A stretch of DNA of 63,751 nt, counting the filler, from Olpidium bornovanus S191 (lineage: Eukaryota > Fungi > Olpidiomycota), in the NCBI GenBank assembly GCA_017911155.1. It is 30 parts of 30 records of this genome, joined end to end, with 100 filler letters (N's around TTAATTAATTAA, not from the genome) between each part and the next. Parts side by side here need not be neighbours in the genome. Positions count along the whole stretch, not along the records: positions 31,406 to 33,449 come from JAEFCI010004684.1; positions 33,550 to 34,820 come from JAEFCI010002802.1; positions 34,921 to 36,900 come from JAEFCI010007884.1; positions 37,001 to 40,119 come from JAEFCI010010362.1; positions 40,220 to 41,513 come from JAEFCI010001997.1; positions 41,614 to 43,506 come from JAEFCI010000607.1; positions 43,607 to 44,668 come from JAEFCI010013309.1; positions 44,769 to 46,188 come from JAEFCI010003628.1; 22 more parts are not named here. One strand, written 5' to 3'. Below, in pieces: positions 33,150 through 44,825 of this stretch (position 1 is the stretch's first letter; each line of letters begins with the position of its first letter). The position numbers and the translations under genes were made by a program. The notes beneath the pieces were generated by a model, which saw only the letters and a program-made list of their open reading frames with translations, did not search any database and was not told the origin of the DNA.

Positions 33150-33449
33150 ATGACGTCCCCCCGCGCCGCCCGCCTCGCCGGCGCGCTCGCCGCCGCTTGC
33201 GCTGCCGTCGTCGTCGTCCTCCCCGGCTGCCGCACCGCCCTTGCCGCGCCGAACGGCGAGGGCCACTACGGTTCTTCTTCCTACGACTACGACTACGATC
33301 ACAGTATCTGGGGCCCCGAAGGCGACCACATGAACTCGCTGGTCTTCAACCACGAGAGCAAGTCCGACCCCGTTTACTTCTGGGACCGCCCCGCCGCCAT
33401 TGCCGCGCCGAGAGGCAACGTACCCTCTGACAACGTCGATCACAATCAA
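33150..33449 (+). CDS. Secreted protein of unknown function, N-terminus (partial)
   Basis: MTSPRAARLAGALAAACAAVVVVLPGCRTALA-APNG signal-peptide pattern, then a Y/D-rich segment; runs into the gap. Confidence 0.65.
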
Positions 33450-33549
33450 NNNNNNNNNNNNNNNNNNNNNNNNNNNNNNNNNNNNNNNNNNNNTTAATTA
33501 ATTAANNNNNNNNNNNNNNNNNNNNNNNNNNNNNNNNNNNNNNNNNNNN

Positions 33550-33593
<44 letters not shown>

Positions 33594-33699
33594 AAAGAGA
33601 GAAAAAACCGGGGGCGCCGGGGAAAAAAAAGGAAAAGTCAAAAAAAAACCGGGTTTCGAAAACGGGCGCTCTCAGATACGGCAAAGAGCAGCCGGCACC

Positions 33700-34480
33700 T
33701 CACCGTCGGTGTAGTCGTCGTCCACCACCTCGAGGTTGATGGCCAACCACGCGCGGCCGTGCCGAGGCTGGACGTACACGTTCACCATCGTCCCCACCGC
33801 CAACGGGGAAGAGCTTTTAAAAAAAAAGACGTCGGGGAGGGGGCGGGGGAGAATTGGGGGTTTGCGCGCTGGGTGTCATCAATTGGTTTTTTTTTTCGCC
33901 GTGGGACCGCCGCAAAACGCCGCCGCTTTGAAACAAACCCGCATCCTCCTCATCTTCATCCAAGACTCCCGTCGACAGAGGGAAGACAAAAAAAAGAAAG
34001 GGAAAAAAAACGCGCAGATTTACCTTTCTGGATCTCCTTGGACGGTGTCGTTCTGCACGGAGACAGCCGTCAGTGTCTTGTTTATGCTCGCGACCTTGCA
34101 AAGGGTGCGCTGCAGCTCCTGAGAATTCGGCTGAATGATGTCGAGCAGCACGGGAGCGTGCAGCGGGAAATCTGTAGTGTCGTGGGCGGTCTTGAGGTTT
34201 CTTCCGCGGCGTTAGGCGGCGCGGGCGCGGTGAATTTTTCTCCGAGGGACGGCAAGTGACGCGCGCGGTCCTGGGGGGACGCCCCCCCCGACTACCGGAC
34301 CAACCCGCGCCACGGACTCAACTGGTTGCGGCTCGGCCAGAGGACCGGGTGACGATCGAAGGTGAACCCGTCGGGGCACTCCGCGGCCCCGGGACCGCCC
34401 GACGCCGCGCTGCCGTGCGCCCCCGCGGAGTAGATGGCCGTCGAGTGCTGCTTGTGATGGTCGATCTTCTCGATGTCCAC
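33700..34480 (-). CDS. Unidentified spliced gene, internal exons
   Basis: Coding-like GT-AG bounded frames: TTDFPLHAPVLLDIIQPNSQELQRTLCKVASINKTL...; PLAVGTMVNVYVQPRHGRAWLAINLEVVDDDYTD. Confidence 0.5.
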
Positions 34481-34696
34481 GCCGGGAAAAGGGCAAGTGG
34501 TGGAAAAACCTGGGGGGAGAAAGTCGGGCGAGGGCGCGGGCAGTTTTTTTGTTTTTTTTTTCGCGAATTGCGCGATCTCAATTTTCGGCGACCGGCTTTA
34601 TCGGGCGCGTTTTCGCTTCCCGCGGCCTCCGCCCCCTTTTCTCCCGTGCACCGGATGGAGGGGGGGAGGGAGGGGTAGGGAAGCCTCTCCGGTGCC

Positions 34697-34731
<35 letters not shown>

Positions 34732-35196
34732 CCACTTCTTTTTTAAAACACAAAAAAACAGGCACAAAAATTTTCTCTACCCCACCGCGAAAAACCGCTC
34801 GTTTCTTTCATCCTTGTCCANNNNNNNNNNNNNNNNNNNNNNNNNNNNNNNNNNNNNNNNNNNNTTAATTAATTAANNNNNNNNNNNNNNNNNNNNNNNN
34901 NNNNNNNNNNNNNNNNNNNNCTGGCTTTCAACGATGCGCCCGCGACGCCGCAGTCGTGTCCTTTATCGCACCCGTCCAGGAACATCTGCCGTCGCGCGTG
35001 TCCTGTTTTACCGTTGCCTTCGTTGATCGCTGCCTCCATGGTCGTTGGCGGGGGAGCGGTGCGTGTCGCCGTGACGTGGGGCGGCAGCGGCAGCGGCGTC
35101 TCCCCTTTACGGCGTCGACGACGCGGCGAGGGCATCATCAGCGGCTGTTCACGTCGACGGCAAAAGCAATAGAGTGAACAAAGACAAAAGCGTGGT

Positions 35197-35480
35197 GAGC
35201 AAAAATAAGCTCAGTGAGCAAAAATAAGCTCAAAAACAAACGCGGCGGGCGGCCGAGCGCAGGCGTGGCGGCGGCGGAGCGCGGGCGCAGCGGGGACGGA
35301 GCGCGGGCGCGGCGGGGAGCAAAGCGCGGGCGCGGCGAAGGGCCGAGCAGGCGAAAGCGACGGGAAAGCGGTGTCTCGAAGACGACGCAAAACGGTCGTC
35401 GTTTTGGCGACGAAAACAAAAACAAACGAACGCAAGCGCGAAAACGAACGCAAGCGCGAAAACGAACGCAAGCGCAAAAA
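35197..35480 (+). repeat. Short tandem repeats upstream of the gypsy coding region
   Basis: GTGAGCAAAAATAAGCTCA x2; AAACGAACGCAAGCGC(G/A)A x3; GGAGCGCGGGCGC units. Confidence 0.75.
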
Positions 35481-35919
35481 CAAGCAGAAAAACAAGCGCG
35501 AAAACGGGTGCTGCGGCGGTACGATGGCAGAACGACGCAGAAAAAGTGCTGCGAAAACAGCCAAACGCAGCGGCGCAGGAAGCAAAGCGCGCGGCGTCGA
35601 ACGCGAGGAATGACGACGGGGGTTTCGTTGGTCGAAAGGACCTCGGATGGCGCGGCAGAAGGCGGCGCGGCAGGAGCCGAACGCGGGCGCCGCGAAGGCG
35701 GAGCGCGGGCGCAGCGGAGGGCGAAGCGCGAGCGGCGGGGGCGGAGAGCGAAGGGGCTGGTCGAAAGGGATGGTTCTTCCTCGGATTCCCCACTTTGTAG
35801 TGGGACGTCGAAAGGAGGGAGGACTTCGGAGTCTATTCAGGTGTGCCCGGGGGGGCCGACTGGCTATATGGGTACAGGTCACGTGCCAGTCGACGTCGAG
35901 GGGCACACTACACATTCAG

Positions 35920-36900
35920 TGTAGACTTGTTCGTGGAGAATCGGTTCCTCAAGCAGGAAGTGACGATGTCGTGGGCCGAATTCTTGGCTGCTTGTGCGGA
36001 AGGGCCCGGAGGTGTTCCGAGTCGCATGATGGGAGCCGTAAGGCGGAAGCGCGTGGTCCTGACGGAAGAAGGACATCCGGCAAGTAGGCCGGTGGGCGCG
36101 ACGGTCCGGGAGATTAGGGGAAATGAACCCTTCGTCGAAGACGCCTCTGACGGGGAAGGTGAGTGCGATGCGCGTGTGTACCGGGCGAGAGCAGGATCAC
36201 CAGTGGGAGTGGTTGATCTACACAGGGCCAGCAAGTCGATCTGGGCTCGCCCTGTCTTGGAAACGCGAGTGTACGTGCCTGCACTGGGACGGAGAGTGGC
36301 AGCACTAGTCGATTCCGGCTCCGAGATCAACCTCGTGGAGCGGTGGGTGGCCGAGGAAGCTGGATGGCACATGATCATGTCGCCTGGGTGGACACTGCAT
36401 ACGGCGCTCTCCAATAAAAACCATTTATGAGCGTGTTTGAACGTCGCGCTGGCTGTCGCAGATTTCCAAAAGAGGCATCCCCTCTTCATCCAGCAGACGT
36501 AAGGATACAATATTATTTTGGGGCAGCCATGGCGAGCCCGGTTGTGCTATACGAGCCAGTTGGGGGATGACGGGACGGAGACTGGACAAGTAACTTCTCT
36601 GGACGGAGTGAAAAAAGTGCGCTTCTGTGTGGTTAATCCCGCGGATCCCAAGCACAGGGTTTACCTTCAGCATCGTCCGACGAGAGTGCCAGACGTGTTG
36701 AAGGAGGAAATCAGCCAGGATGTCGAGCAGGATTTTCGGCAGGCCACCCTCTGAGTCCCGGTTGGGGGCGGCTGCATGGTGATACCGGGGGTACGGAGCG
36801 GGAACACGGGGTTGCGGTTGCCGTCGAAGGCACCTACGAAGAAGAAGAGCAAGACGCAAGGGTTAATACTCTATACAAGCCGGTGGGAAGGAAGGTGCAC
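35920..36900 (+). mobile_element. Ty3/gypsy-type gag-protease and start of pol, with premature stops
   Basis: Retropepsin ALVDSGSEINLV; the same frame continues through TGA 36428 and TAA 36500 to YNIILGQPW...DGTETGQVTSLDGVKKVRF; the -1 frame then gives RVNTLYKPVGRKVH, a pol-start motif of fungal gypsy elements. Confidence 0.88.
36730..36789 (+). promoter_or_regulatory. Predicted -1 ribosomal frameshift signal (slippery heptamer + pseudoknot)
   Basis: G_GAT_TTT in the protease frame, 6-nt spacer, stem 1 36743-36751/36764-36772 (one mismatch, one G-U), stem 2 CCCGGT 36757-36762 / ACCGGG 36784-36789; the -1 frame is open to the contig end. Confidence 0.7.
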
Positions 36901-37169
36901 NNNNNNNNNNNNNNNNNNNNNNNNNNNNNNNNNNNNNNNNNNNNTTAATTAATTAANNNNNNNNNNNNNNNNNNNNNNNNNNNNNNNNNNNNNNNNNNNN
37001 CATGGTCGAAGGGCACAATCGACTAGGCGTGCTTGGGCGAGACTGTGTGTACAGGGGGGAACTGTGGAGCGCGGGTGGTCCGAAGTGGCGCGTTCGGTTT
37101 CGCTGTCGATCGGCTCTCGGCTTTCCCTCAACCCGCCCCCGCCGCCGGGCAAATTGGCCGCACTTTCCG

Positions 37170-40000
37170 CACGCGCGAACGTTTCTTGGTACTGCAAGTG
37201 AACTTGCATTACATCTGCAGGCGGCGGGGCTGCAGCGGACAGTTTTATTCTCACAAGGGCCCCGACGGTGCTGCCACAAACGAAAAGACGGCGCTGGCCT
37301 CTCAAGCCTACTCCCCTCCCCTTCCCGCTCCCACTGCACCGCGCCCGGCCGTGGAGATTCTTAATCTTTCTCTGTTCCGCGGAGATCACTTTCCGGCAAA
37401 TACGGCCGTTTCCGAGTAATCGAACGGGGGGGAGCTAGCGCGGTCGTCGGCGCCGTCGTCCTCGTCGAGCCCCTCCCGGCCCGTCGCCGCGGACGAGGTC
37501 GCCGTGCGCCTCCAGTTCTGGTCGTCGTTGTCGTCGTCGTCGTCCCCGCCCGAGGCGGAGCCGGCGGCGGCGGCGCTCCGGCAGACGGAAGAAGTAGACA
37601 GGCTCTGGTCGCTGGTGAGCATCTCGAAATCGGCCCAAGTGGCTTTCCCGAAACCCACGGCCGCCTTGAAACTCTCGACGTAGGAGAATTCCCCGGAGGC
37701 GAGAGGCGACGACGCGCTTCTGTCGCTGGTGAAGTGGTCGCGGTTATCCTCCGCCCCGCTCCGGCGGAAAGACGCCGGCGGCCTCGGTACCCAAGAATAG
37801 GCGGAAGAGGACGAAGAGGACGGCCCCGCGGCGGGGGCGGCCGGCCGCGGCCGGACGACTTCGGTGTGGTCGAAGCTGAGGGACGCGAGGGAAGAAGAGC
37901 AGCTGAGGTCGCTGGTGACGAGCGCGGTGCCGTCGGTTTCCGCGTCCGCCTGCGCCTGGCGCGGCGGCGCGGTCCCGGCCGGCCGCCTGCGGGACGTCTT
38001 CTCCGCTCCCCTTTCCCCTCGCCCCCCGGCCGTGTCCGCCTGCTCGACGTGGTCGAATTCGGCCGCGGAGACCGGCGACGCGGTGCGGTCGGTCGTTTCT
38101 GGCTCGAGTTCCGCGGCGGCGGCGGCGGCGGCGTCGGCGGCCGCCTTGAGCCGCACGCTCTGGGCGACGTCGTACCGGGACGAGCCCCCGGACGAAACGC
38201 TGCGGTCGCTGGTCGCGGCTTCCGCCTCCGGCGGGACTTGCGCCGGTTCCGTACACCCGCGGACGTCGGCTTCTGGTCGCGGGCCGGCGCCAGCTTCCAG
38301 CGGCGCGCGGACGTTTCCGCCGCGGAAAGCCGCGAGATCCGCGCCGCCGCCCGCCGCCGCCTCTCCGACGGCCGCCGGACTCGACGGCCGTTGTTCCGCG
38401 CCGCCGCCGCGACGGAGCTGGCCGGCGGCAGGGGGAGACCGCGGCAAAAGCTCAGGCGGCCGCCGTTCCGGGCCGGCTCGCCCCTCCCAGTCCGGAGGGC
38501 GAAAACGGTTCGGCGTCTCCCGCACATCCTCTGCCGGGCCGCTCCCGCTGGCCCGCGGCGCCGCCGAGAATTCTTTCCCGGAACCCTCTTCTTCTTCGGA
38601 CGCTTCGCTGCTCTCCCCGGACCGCGTTTGCAGGCTGTCTTGTTCGGCGAGCGCCTTGTTTCTGTTGGAATCTATGGAGTCCGTTGACGTCAGCGGCGAC
38701 ACGAGCGACGCCCGGATCCGCGCTCCCTGTGGAGGGAGGTTTCCCGGCGGCAAAGCACAAAAAAAAAAGAGAATTAGCATTCGAAATATTTTCTAAAAGA
38801 AAAAAACGCCGTGGAACGGCTGGTTACCGTTTCTGTGGATCCGTCAGTTGGCACGTATCTTGTGGAAAATAGTAAAAAAAAAGAAAGAAAAAAAAAAGGA
38901 AACGAGCGGCCGTAAGAAGTCAGGAAGCTTGCGACTGCGCCGCCTGGGAAAACACGCCCGAGACTAGAGATTCCTTTGGGACGACATACCGGCCTTCGTT
39001 GACGACGTCCGCGATCTTTTGGCGGTTTTCTCCCCCAACGTAACCTTCTTCCCGGTCGCTGTCCTCTTCGTCCGTTCCGGTAAAGCTGTCCCTTGAACCA
39101 AGAAACGCGGTGCCCTGTCGGCTCTCAGCTATCGGGCCGCCTGAGAACAGTGGCGGTGCAGTGGTTTGATCGGAGTGAGTTTCGCACCGGAGTGAGTTTC
39201 GCTGGGAAAGTTTTTTTGTGTTTTACCGGCAGCGAATCCGTGGAAACGAGAGAAATATGTCTACAGTGCGGTAAACTTTTTTTTCCGCATTATAAACGAA
39301 CTTTCCCCCCCCGCCCTCCTTACCGGCGAGACCGGAATCTTCGGTGCGAGGGGGTCCAGCGGCGGGGAGGGCAGCGCCGGCCTTCGCGCGCCGAATTTCT
39401 GCCGCCTGTTTCTCCAGGTGCGGGGGATGAGGTTTCTCGGTCGCTCCTCCTGCTCCTCCTCCTCTTCCTCCGCGCGCGTCTGCCGTCTCTTCGACCGCGC
39501 CGAAATCCACGGTTTCCTCTCGTTCGAATCGCGGCCGATCCGCCGTCGACGCGTCGCCCGCGGCGGGTTGTCGCGCGGCCGCGGCCCGCCCCTCCTCCGC
39601 CGCCGCCCATTCCGTCTGCGTGCCGGCGTGAACTCCCTCGTGGCAGGCGGCATCGTGCTGATGTCCCCGGGGTGACCGGTAAGCCGGAGTGACGACCCCT
39701 CTCCAATGCTCCTCTAGGTAAAACGTCAGGAGAAAAGAGAGAAAGAGAAAGATGAGAAGAGAAGGCGTCGGGCGCGCACTGGTGCCCCGTCAAACTTTTT
39801 TTTTTCCAAGTGCGACGGGGTCTGGAATCTCGCAACGGCGTTTCAGAACTCTCGGTTTAGAAAAAGAAAAATGGAAAACAAAAAAAAACCGCACCGGCGT
39901 CCCGGACCACGGCGCACAGCACGGGAAGACGGCCGTTCTCGGTCACGTGCAGATCGTCGCCCACTCGCCGGTGTCCGCAGTATTCCGTGGGCTTGGTATG
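37170..40000 (-). CDS. Large low-complexity (S/A/E/G-rich) multi-exon protein, unknown
   Basis: 464-codon open frame 37386-38780 flanked by splice signals plus further coding-like exons; no domain recognised. Confidence 0.55.
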
Positions 40001-40252
40001 TGTGCGTGGTGCGGTGCGACGCCGGGGACGGACAAAAACGCGGAGGAAAGAACCGCGGCGCGAGATGGGGGAAGATTTAGGGGGGTTAAAGGCGAAGGGG
40101 GGGGGGGGGGGGGGGGGGGNNNNNNNNNNNNNNNNNNNNNNNNNNNNNNNNNNNNNNNNNNNNTTAATTAATTAANNNNNNNNNNNNNNNNNNNNNNNNN
40201 NNNNNNNNNNNNNNNNNNNGGGGAAGGAGAATCCCCCCCTTCACCCCCCGCG

Positions 40253-40286
<34 letters not shown>

Positions 40287-41480
40287 GGCCTTTTCGTCCC
40301 CGCCCCCGGCCCCTTTCGCTCTCGGGGCGAACGAACGATCCCCGGAGCCCGCGAAGTCCCTTGCATGCCGGCCGCTTCGCCGCCCGCGCCCACAGCCACG
40401 GCGCTCGACCGCGAAGGACACCGCTGCTGCCGCCTGCCTGCTTTCCGCCCGCGACCGCGACAGCTCGGGGCGGGGCGCAAGGAACGGGAGTGAACGTGCC
40501 GCGGGGAAAAAGCTTGTATAAACTGAAAAACCCGGGGGCAGACCCCTCCCCGCCGTCCCCCCTCCCCCCCCCTTCCGGCGTCGAAGCTCACACAGCACGC
40601 AATTTGCCAGCCGGGCTCCTTTGTGGTCTTGGGGCCCGGATACCGCCCGCACGGCGTCCACCGAACCTAGGAACAGCGGGGGGCGGGGGGGGGGGGGGGG
40701 GGCGGGGGGGGGGGGGGGGGGGCGGAAAAAAAAAAACAAAAACGGGGAGCCGAGCGGGGGCGCCTTCTCCCCCCTCCCCCTTTCATTCCCCCTCCCCCTT
40801 TTTCTTCTTTCTCTCTCCCCCCCCGCCTCCTCTCTCACCCTTTCGCCCGCCGCACCGCGCTACATACCCACCTCCCCGTGCCATGTAAAGGGAGAGAGAA
40901 TGGGGGGGGGGCTTGGCGAGCAGGAGAAAAAGGAGTGAAAGGGGGGGGGGGGGGCGCGTCGTTTTTGCGCTTCACGAGCGGGGGCCAGGGGCCGAAGCGA
41001 TGCCGCACACGCCCCGCTCGCGCGCGGCGTGAAATCCCGCAGTGCGGGGGGCGCGTCGCGGTTCGGCTGGGGGGACTCGCCGCGTGGGGGAAAAAGGACG
41101 CAGGAAAGGGGTGAGGGCCGGCACCAGCCCCCCCCCCCTTTTTTCCTGTTAGAAGGTAAAGGAAAGGGCCGGGGGGCTGGGCGGGGGTGGGGGGGGGGCG
41201 GGCTGAGCCGCGGACGCACTTTGACCGCATCAGCCTCCCGTTACCCCTGTGTAGAGAGAGTCTCCGCCATGTAAAATCAAGTCCAGGAGAAGATTGTAAA
41301 CACACGCCCCGAAACACAGTTCTCTTTCCTTCCTTTTTTTACGAGCGCGCGGGCTTCTTCGTCTTCCTGGGCTCGGGCGAGAGTTCTAACATTTTTCCCC
41401 CTCCATCCCTTCTCTCTTTCCCGTTTCCTGCTTCCATCCTGATTTCCCGTTTCCTGCTTGGGGTGGTTGGGGGACAAAAC

Positions 41481-41513
<33 letters not shown>

Positions 41514-41613
41514 NNNNNNNNNNNNNNNNNNNNNNNNNNNNNNNNNNNNNNNNNNNNTTAATTAATTAANNNNNNNNNNNNNNNNNNNNNNNNNNNNNNN
41601 NNNNNNNNNNNNN

Positions 41614-43493
41614 CATGCGGGGGTCGGGGAAGCCCTCTCCGGCTCGCAAACACCCGCCGGCGGGGCGGCCGTCGTTTGGGTAGGGGTCGTTGGAGATCTG
41701 CCGATCGATGCAGGTCGGTCGTCCGTCGGAGGAGCCGGGTCGCGCTTTGCCGCAGACGCTGACTCGTCCGCAGCAGTTCCACCCGTGTCCTCTGCGGCAC
41801 CGGCATTTGAGGCTTCCTCCGATCTGTGCCGGTGCTCGCCTTGCGGCGGTGCGTTGGCGAAAGAGACCCGCACGGCGACCTCCCACCCTGACGCCGTGTT
41901 TCCAAAGGCCACTTGGCGCGGAGGAGTGACGGAGGTGGATCCCGTGACCGCGGGTGCGCCTTCCAGCAGCGCGAATTGTAAATCGAGTCGCACCCTCTCA
42001 ACTTTCCGGATTCGCGCCACGCTCTCGAGCTTCAGCCTCCGGTACTGCGGCGTCTGGGCGGCCGCGAGTTCCGCCCGACTCGACCCGAAATTGCTCCACC
42101 TTCTTTGTGACTTGGGAGAGGAGGTCGTCGGGTCCACAGCAATCGTCGGGGACGAACTTGCGGTGAGCCCGGCGTTGGCGGCGGCAGCAGGAGTGACCGC
42201 CGCGGCGATTCTCTGGTCTGCCGGTAGCGAGGAAAACGACGAGCAGGCGGGCAGCCGCCCGTGGACGGAGAAGTGTAACCGGCAACGGGCGGCTTCTACC
42301 ACGTTATAGACAGTCGATATATCCTCCACCGGCGGCGGCCAAACGTCGTGCCGTTCCGCCACGAGGTACACGTACGTGGGCGTGCCGACGATGGTCGCGC
42401 CAAGGAGCCTTGGCTGGGGCAGTTCGCGGTCCGGCTCTCGCGGCCCACGTGTAGCAGCAGACAGCGAGCTCGACGGTGACCACGCATCGGGCGAATGACC
42501 GTCGGCTGGAGATATGGAGGGGTTCCCGTTCGCTCCGGCGGTCACTGTACCGTCGACATCAAGGTACCCAACGGCATAGTACATCTTGATGAAGTCGAAG
42601 CTGACCTTGTCAATAACGACATCGTCCCCGCTGGCGGGATCGACGTCAATGCCGTTTTCTTCCGCCTCAGTCGGCCCGACGAACGCCTGATCGCGCAGGT
42701 TGCGGACCGCCCACTCGACGTCGTGGCTGACCAGCTTGACCTTTTTGCCGGAGAGGTGGACTCCGCCTTCGTAGCACAAGACCAGCAGAAAATTGAGGAA
42801 GTCAGAGCATAAGAGGCGGTCGCGGACTAGGAAGGTGCAGCTATGCAACGGCGGACCGTGGCGGCCAGCGGGGACCACCACAGACCCTATGGGCATCGAC
42901 GCGGCCGTGGAGGAAGATTCCGAAAGGCCCGGCAAGTCCGGCATCACGGACGGATGGACGCAGGTCGGACCGGGTCGCCCTTTTTCGTCCACCGGCGTCA
43001 AGGCAAAGTGGAACGTCATCGCCTGCCTGTTGGGGCCGCAGTCGACCCTGGCAATAGAAGACACGGGGATGGTGTGCGCCAGATGGAGGTACTGGTCGGG
43101 TTCTTTCTCCGCCCCGGCGACCTCTGGGGGGCTGAACACCAGCGGAATCTGTCCATTAACCGACCTGCCGCACCTTTCTGGAGAGTAAGGGAATTTTTGT
43201 TCGAAAATGTAGACTGCCTTGCTGCTGAGTGCGATATAAACAGGTGTTTCCGCTGGACAATGCGCGGGAACTGCCGGACTCTGCGCGCCAAGGATCGACC
43301 ACTTGGGGGTACTGGGGCTGAACGCCGCCGGCCCATGGAAAATGCGAGACGTCGGGATCCAGGCCATGAGACTTTCCGAATCTGACATGAACACGTTGAG
43401 TTTGAGAAACAGTCTCAGGGCATTCCCTGCGTTTCGAAATTGCGGAAGACCTTCGCAGACAAGGCGCGGTGATTGCTTTTTCCAACGTCGCAA
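41614..43493 (-). CDS. Large internal exon, possibly nischarin/STK11IP-like C-terminal PH-like region
   Basis: About 625 open codons with globular segments ETPVYIALSSKAVYIF, IPVSSIARVDCGPNRQ, CTFLVRDRLLCSDFL, VSHDVEWAVRNLRDQAF. The family assignment is tentative. Confidence 0.6.
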
Positions 43494-43645
43494 AAGCTGA
43501 TCCCGANNNNNNNNNNNNNNNNNNNNNNNNNNNNNNNNNNNNNNNNNNNNTTAATTAATTAANNNNNNNNNNNNNNNNNNNNNNNNNNNNNNNNNNNNNN
43601 NNNNNNGGGGGGGGGGTGGGCGGGGGGGGGGGGGGGGTGGTGGTG

Positions 43646-43662
43646 GGGGGGGGGGGGTGGGG

Positions 43663-43710
<48 letters not shown>
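43646..43710 (+). repeat. (GA)n microsatellite
   Basis: Near-pure GA run; similar (CT)n tracts at about 60530-60573 and 61068-61117 and a (TA)n tract at about 19050-19072. Confidence 0.95.
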
Positions 43711-43712
<2 letters not shown>

Positions 43713-43957
43713 GAGACAGACGAGAGAGAGACGCGGGCACTCATCACACCGCGCCACGCCGCGCGCCTACGAGCTCTCTCCCTCTCTTTCTCTCTCTCTC
43801 CCGTCTTGTCTCGCTCTCGCTCGAAGAAGAGAAATTGCGCGCACCACCAATGTGCTACTCCCTACTCTCTCTGCACGCACGCAAGCGTGCACGCGCGGCG
43901 GGAATCACAAAACGAACAGAACAGCAGGTTCGGGCTGTATAAAACGTCACGGAAAAA

Positions 43958-44668
43958 CTACTCCGGTGCTACGCTATATTCGGGGGATACAGATGTGCCT
44001 AGCAGTGAATCCCCTGATACCCTGGTTGGTCCCTTGATGGCATTGCAGTGTGATTTGTACTCTGTGTATCTGACGGACTCGGACTGCTTCTGCTCCGTCG
44101 ACTTTTCGTTCGCCTGGAGCAGCTCCACAAAGTCGTCCGCCATACCTTTGATCTCAGAAACCAGGACCTCCAGTTCGGTAAGAATTATGACACTTGCGCG
44201 CCAAGCCCGCGGTATTCTATCAGGATCCTCGCGCCAAAGCCGCCGTATTTTATCAGGATCCTCAATCCATTTCCAGTCGTTTTTCCAATTCCCAATGGGG
44301 CCGCTAAAGATCTCAGCTTTTCTCTCACTGCAACGGTTGCGCGCAAAGCTCACAATCCACTTGGCGACCGTCCGCCTTTCGAAATTTCCGGGGAGGTGCC
44401 CATCTTGCGCCCTTTCATCCTCGTCGTCACGGCCAAAATACGGCAGTCGGTTATATTTCGATTGAATCCAATAATGTAGGTCCGAGTCTTTGGTATCCGA
44501 TCGAAACTCATAATGTAGGTCCGACTCTTTGGCAATTTTTAAGAGCTTTGATAGCCTGGGTTTGAAGAACGACCCGTACGTGATCTTGAAGAACCTCCCG
44601 GACATTCCTGAATCCGGTTTGTCACCGGCAATCGATTGCGCCGCTTCTATCATTGCCATTTCTGCCAA
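43958..44668 (-). CDS. Orphan intronless ORF, lower GC, internal duplications (5' partial)
   Basis: 236 open codons; SDLHY x2 and EDPD x2 with matching DNA duplications (AATGTAGGTCCGA x2, ATCAGGATCCTC x2). Confidence 0.55.
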   Translation of the reverse strand: MAEMAMIEAAQSIAGDKPDSGMSGRFFKITYGSFFKPRLSKLLKIAKESDLHYEFRSDTKDSDLHYWIQSKYNRLPYFGRDDEDERAQDGHLPGNFERRTVAKWIVSFARNRCSERKAEIFSGPIGNWKNDWKWIEDPDKIRRLWREDPDRIPRAWRASVIILTELEVLVSEIKGMADDFVELLQANEKSTEQKQSESVRYTEYKSHCNAIKGPTRVSGDSLLGTSVSPEYSVAPE

Positions 44669-44825
44669 NNNNNNNNNNNNNNNNNNNNNNNNNNNNNNNN
44701 NNNNNNNNNNNNTTAATTAATTAANNNNNNNNNNNNNNNNNNNNNNNNNNNNNNNNNNNNNNNNNNNNCATGAGAATCATTGTAATCTATTGAACCCCGT
44801 CTCCGTTACAAATCGCAATATATAC

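Noticed and set aside
35214-35924. 236-aa basic repeat protein
   Set aside because: Translation of tandem DNA repeats upstream of the gypsy element; more likely LTR or leader sequence.
36428-36502. In-frame TGA and TAA in the gypsy protease as programmed readthrough
   Set aside because: Two different stops inside the protease fold are better explained as decay mutations.
40220-41513. Coding potential in this contig
   Set aside because: Low-complexity homopolymer-rich sequence; no convincing exon or motif.
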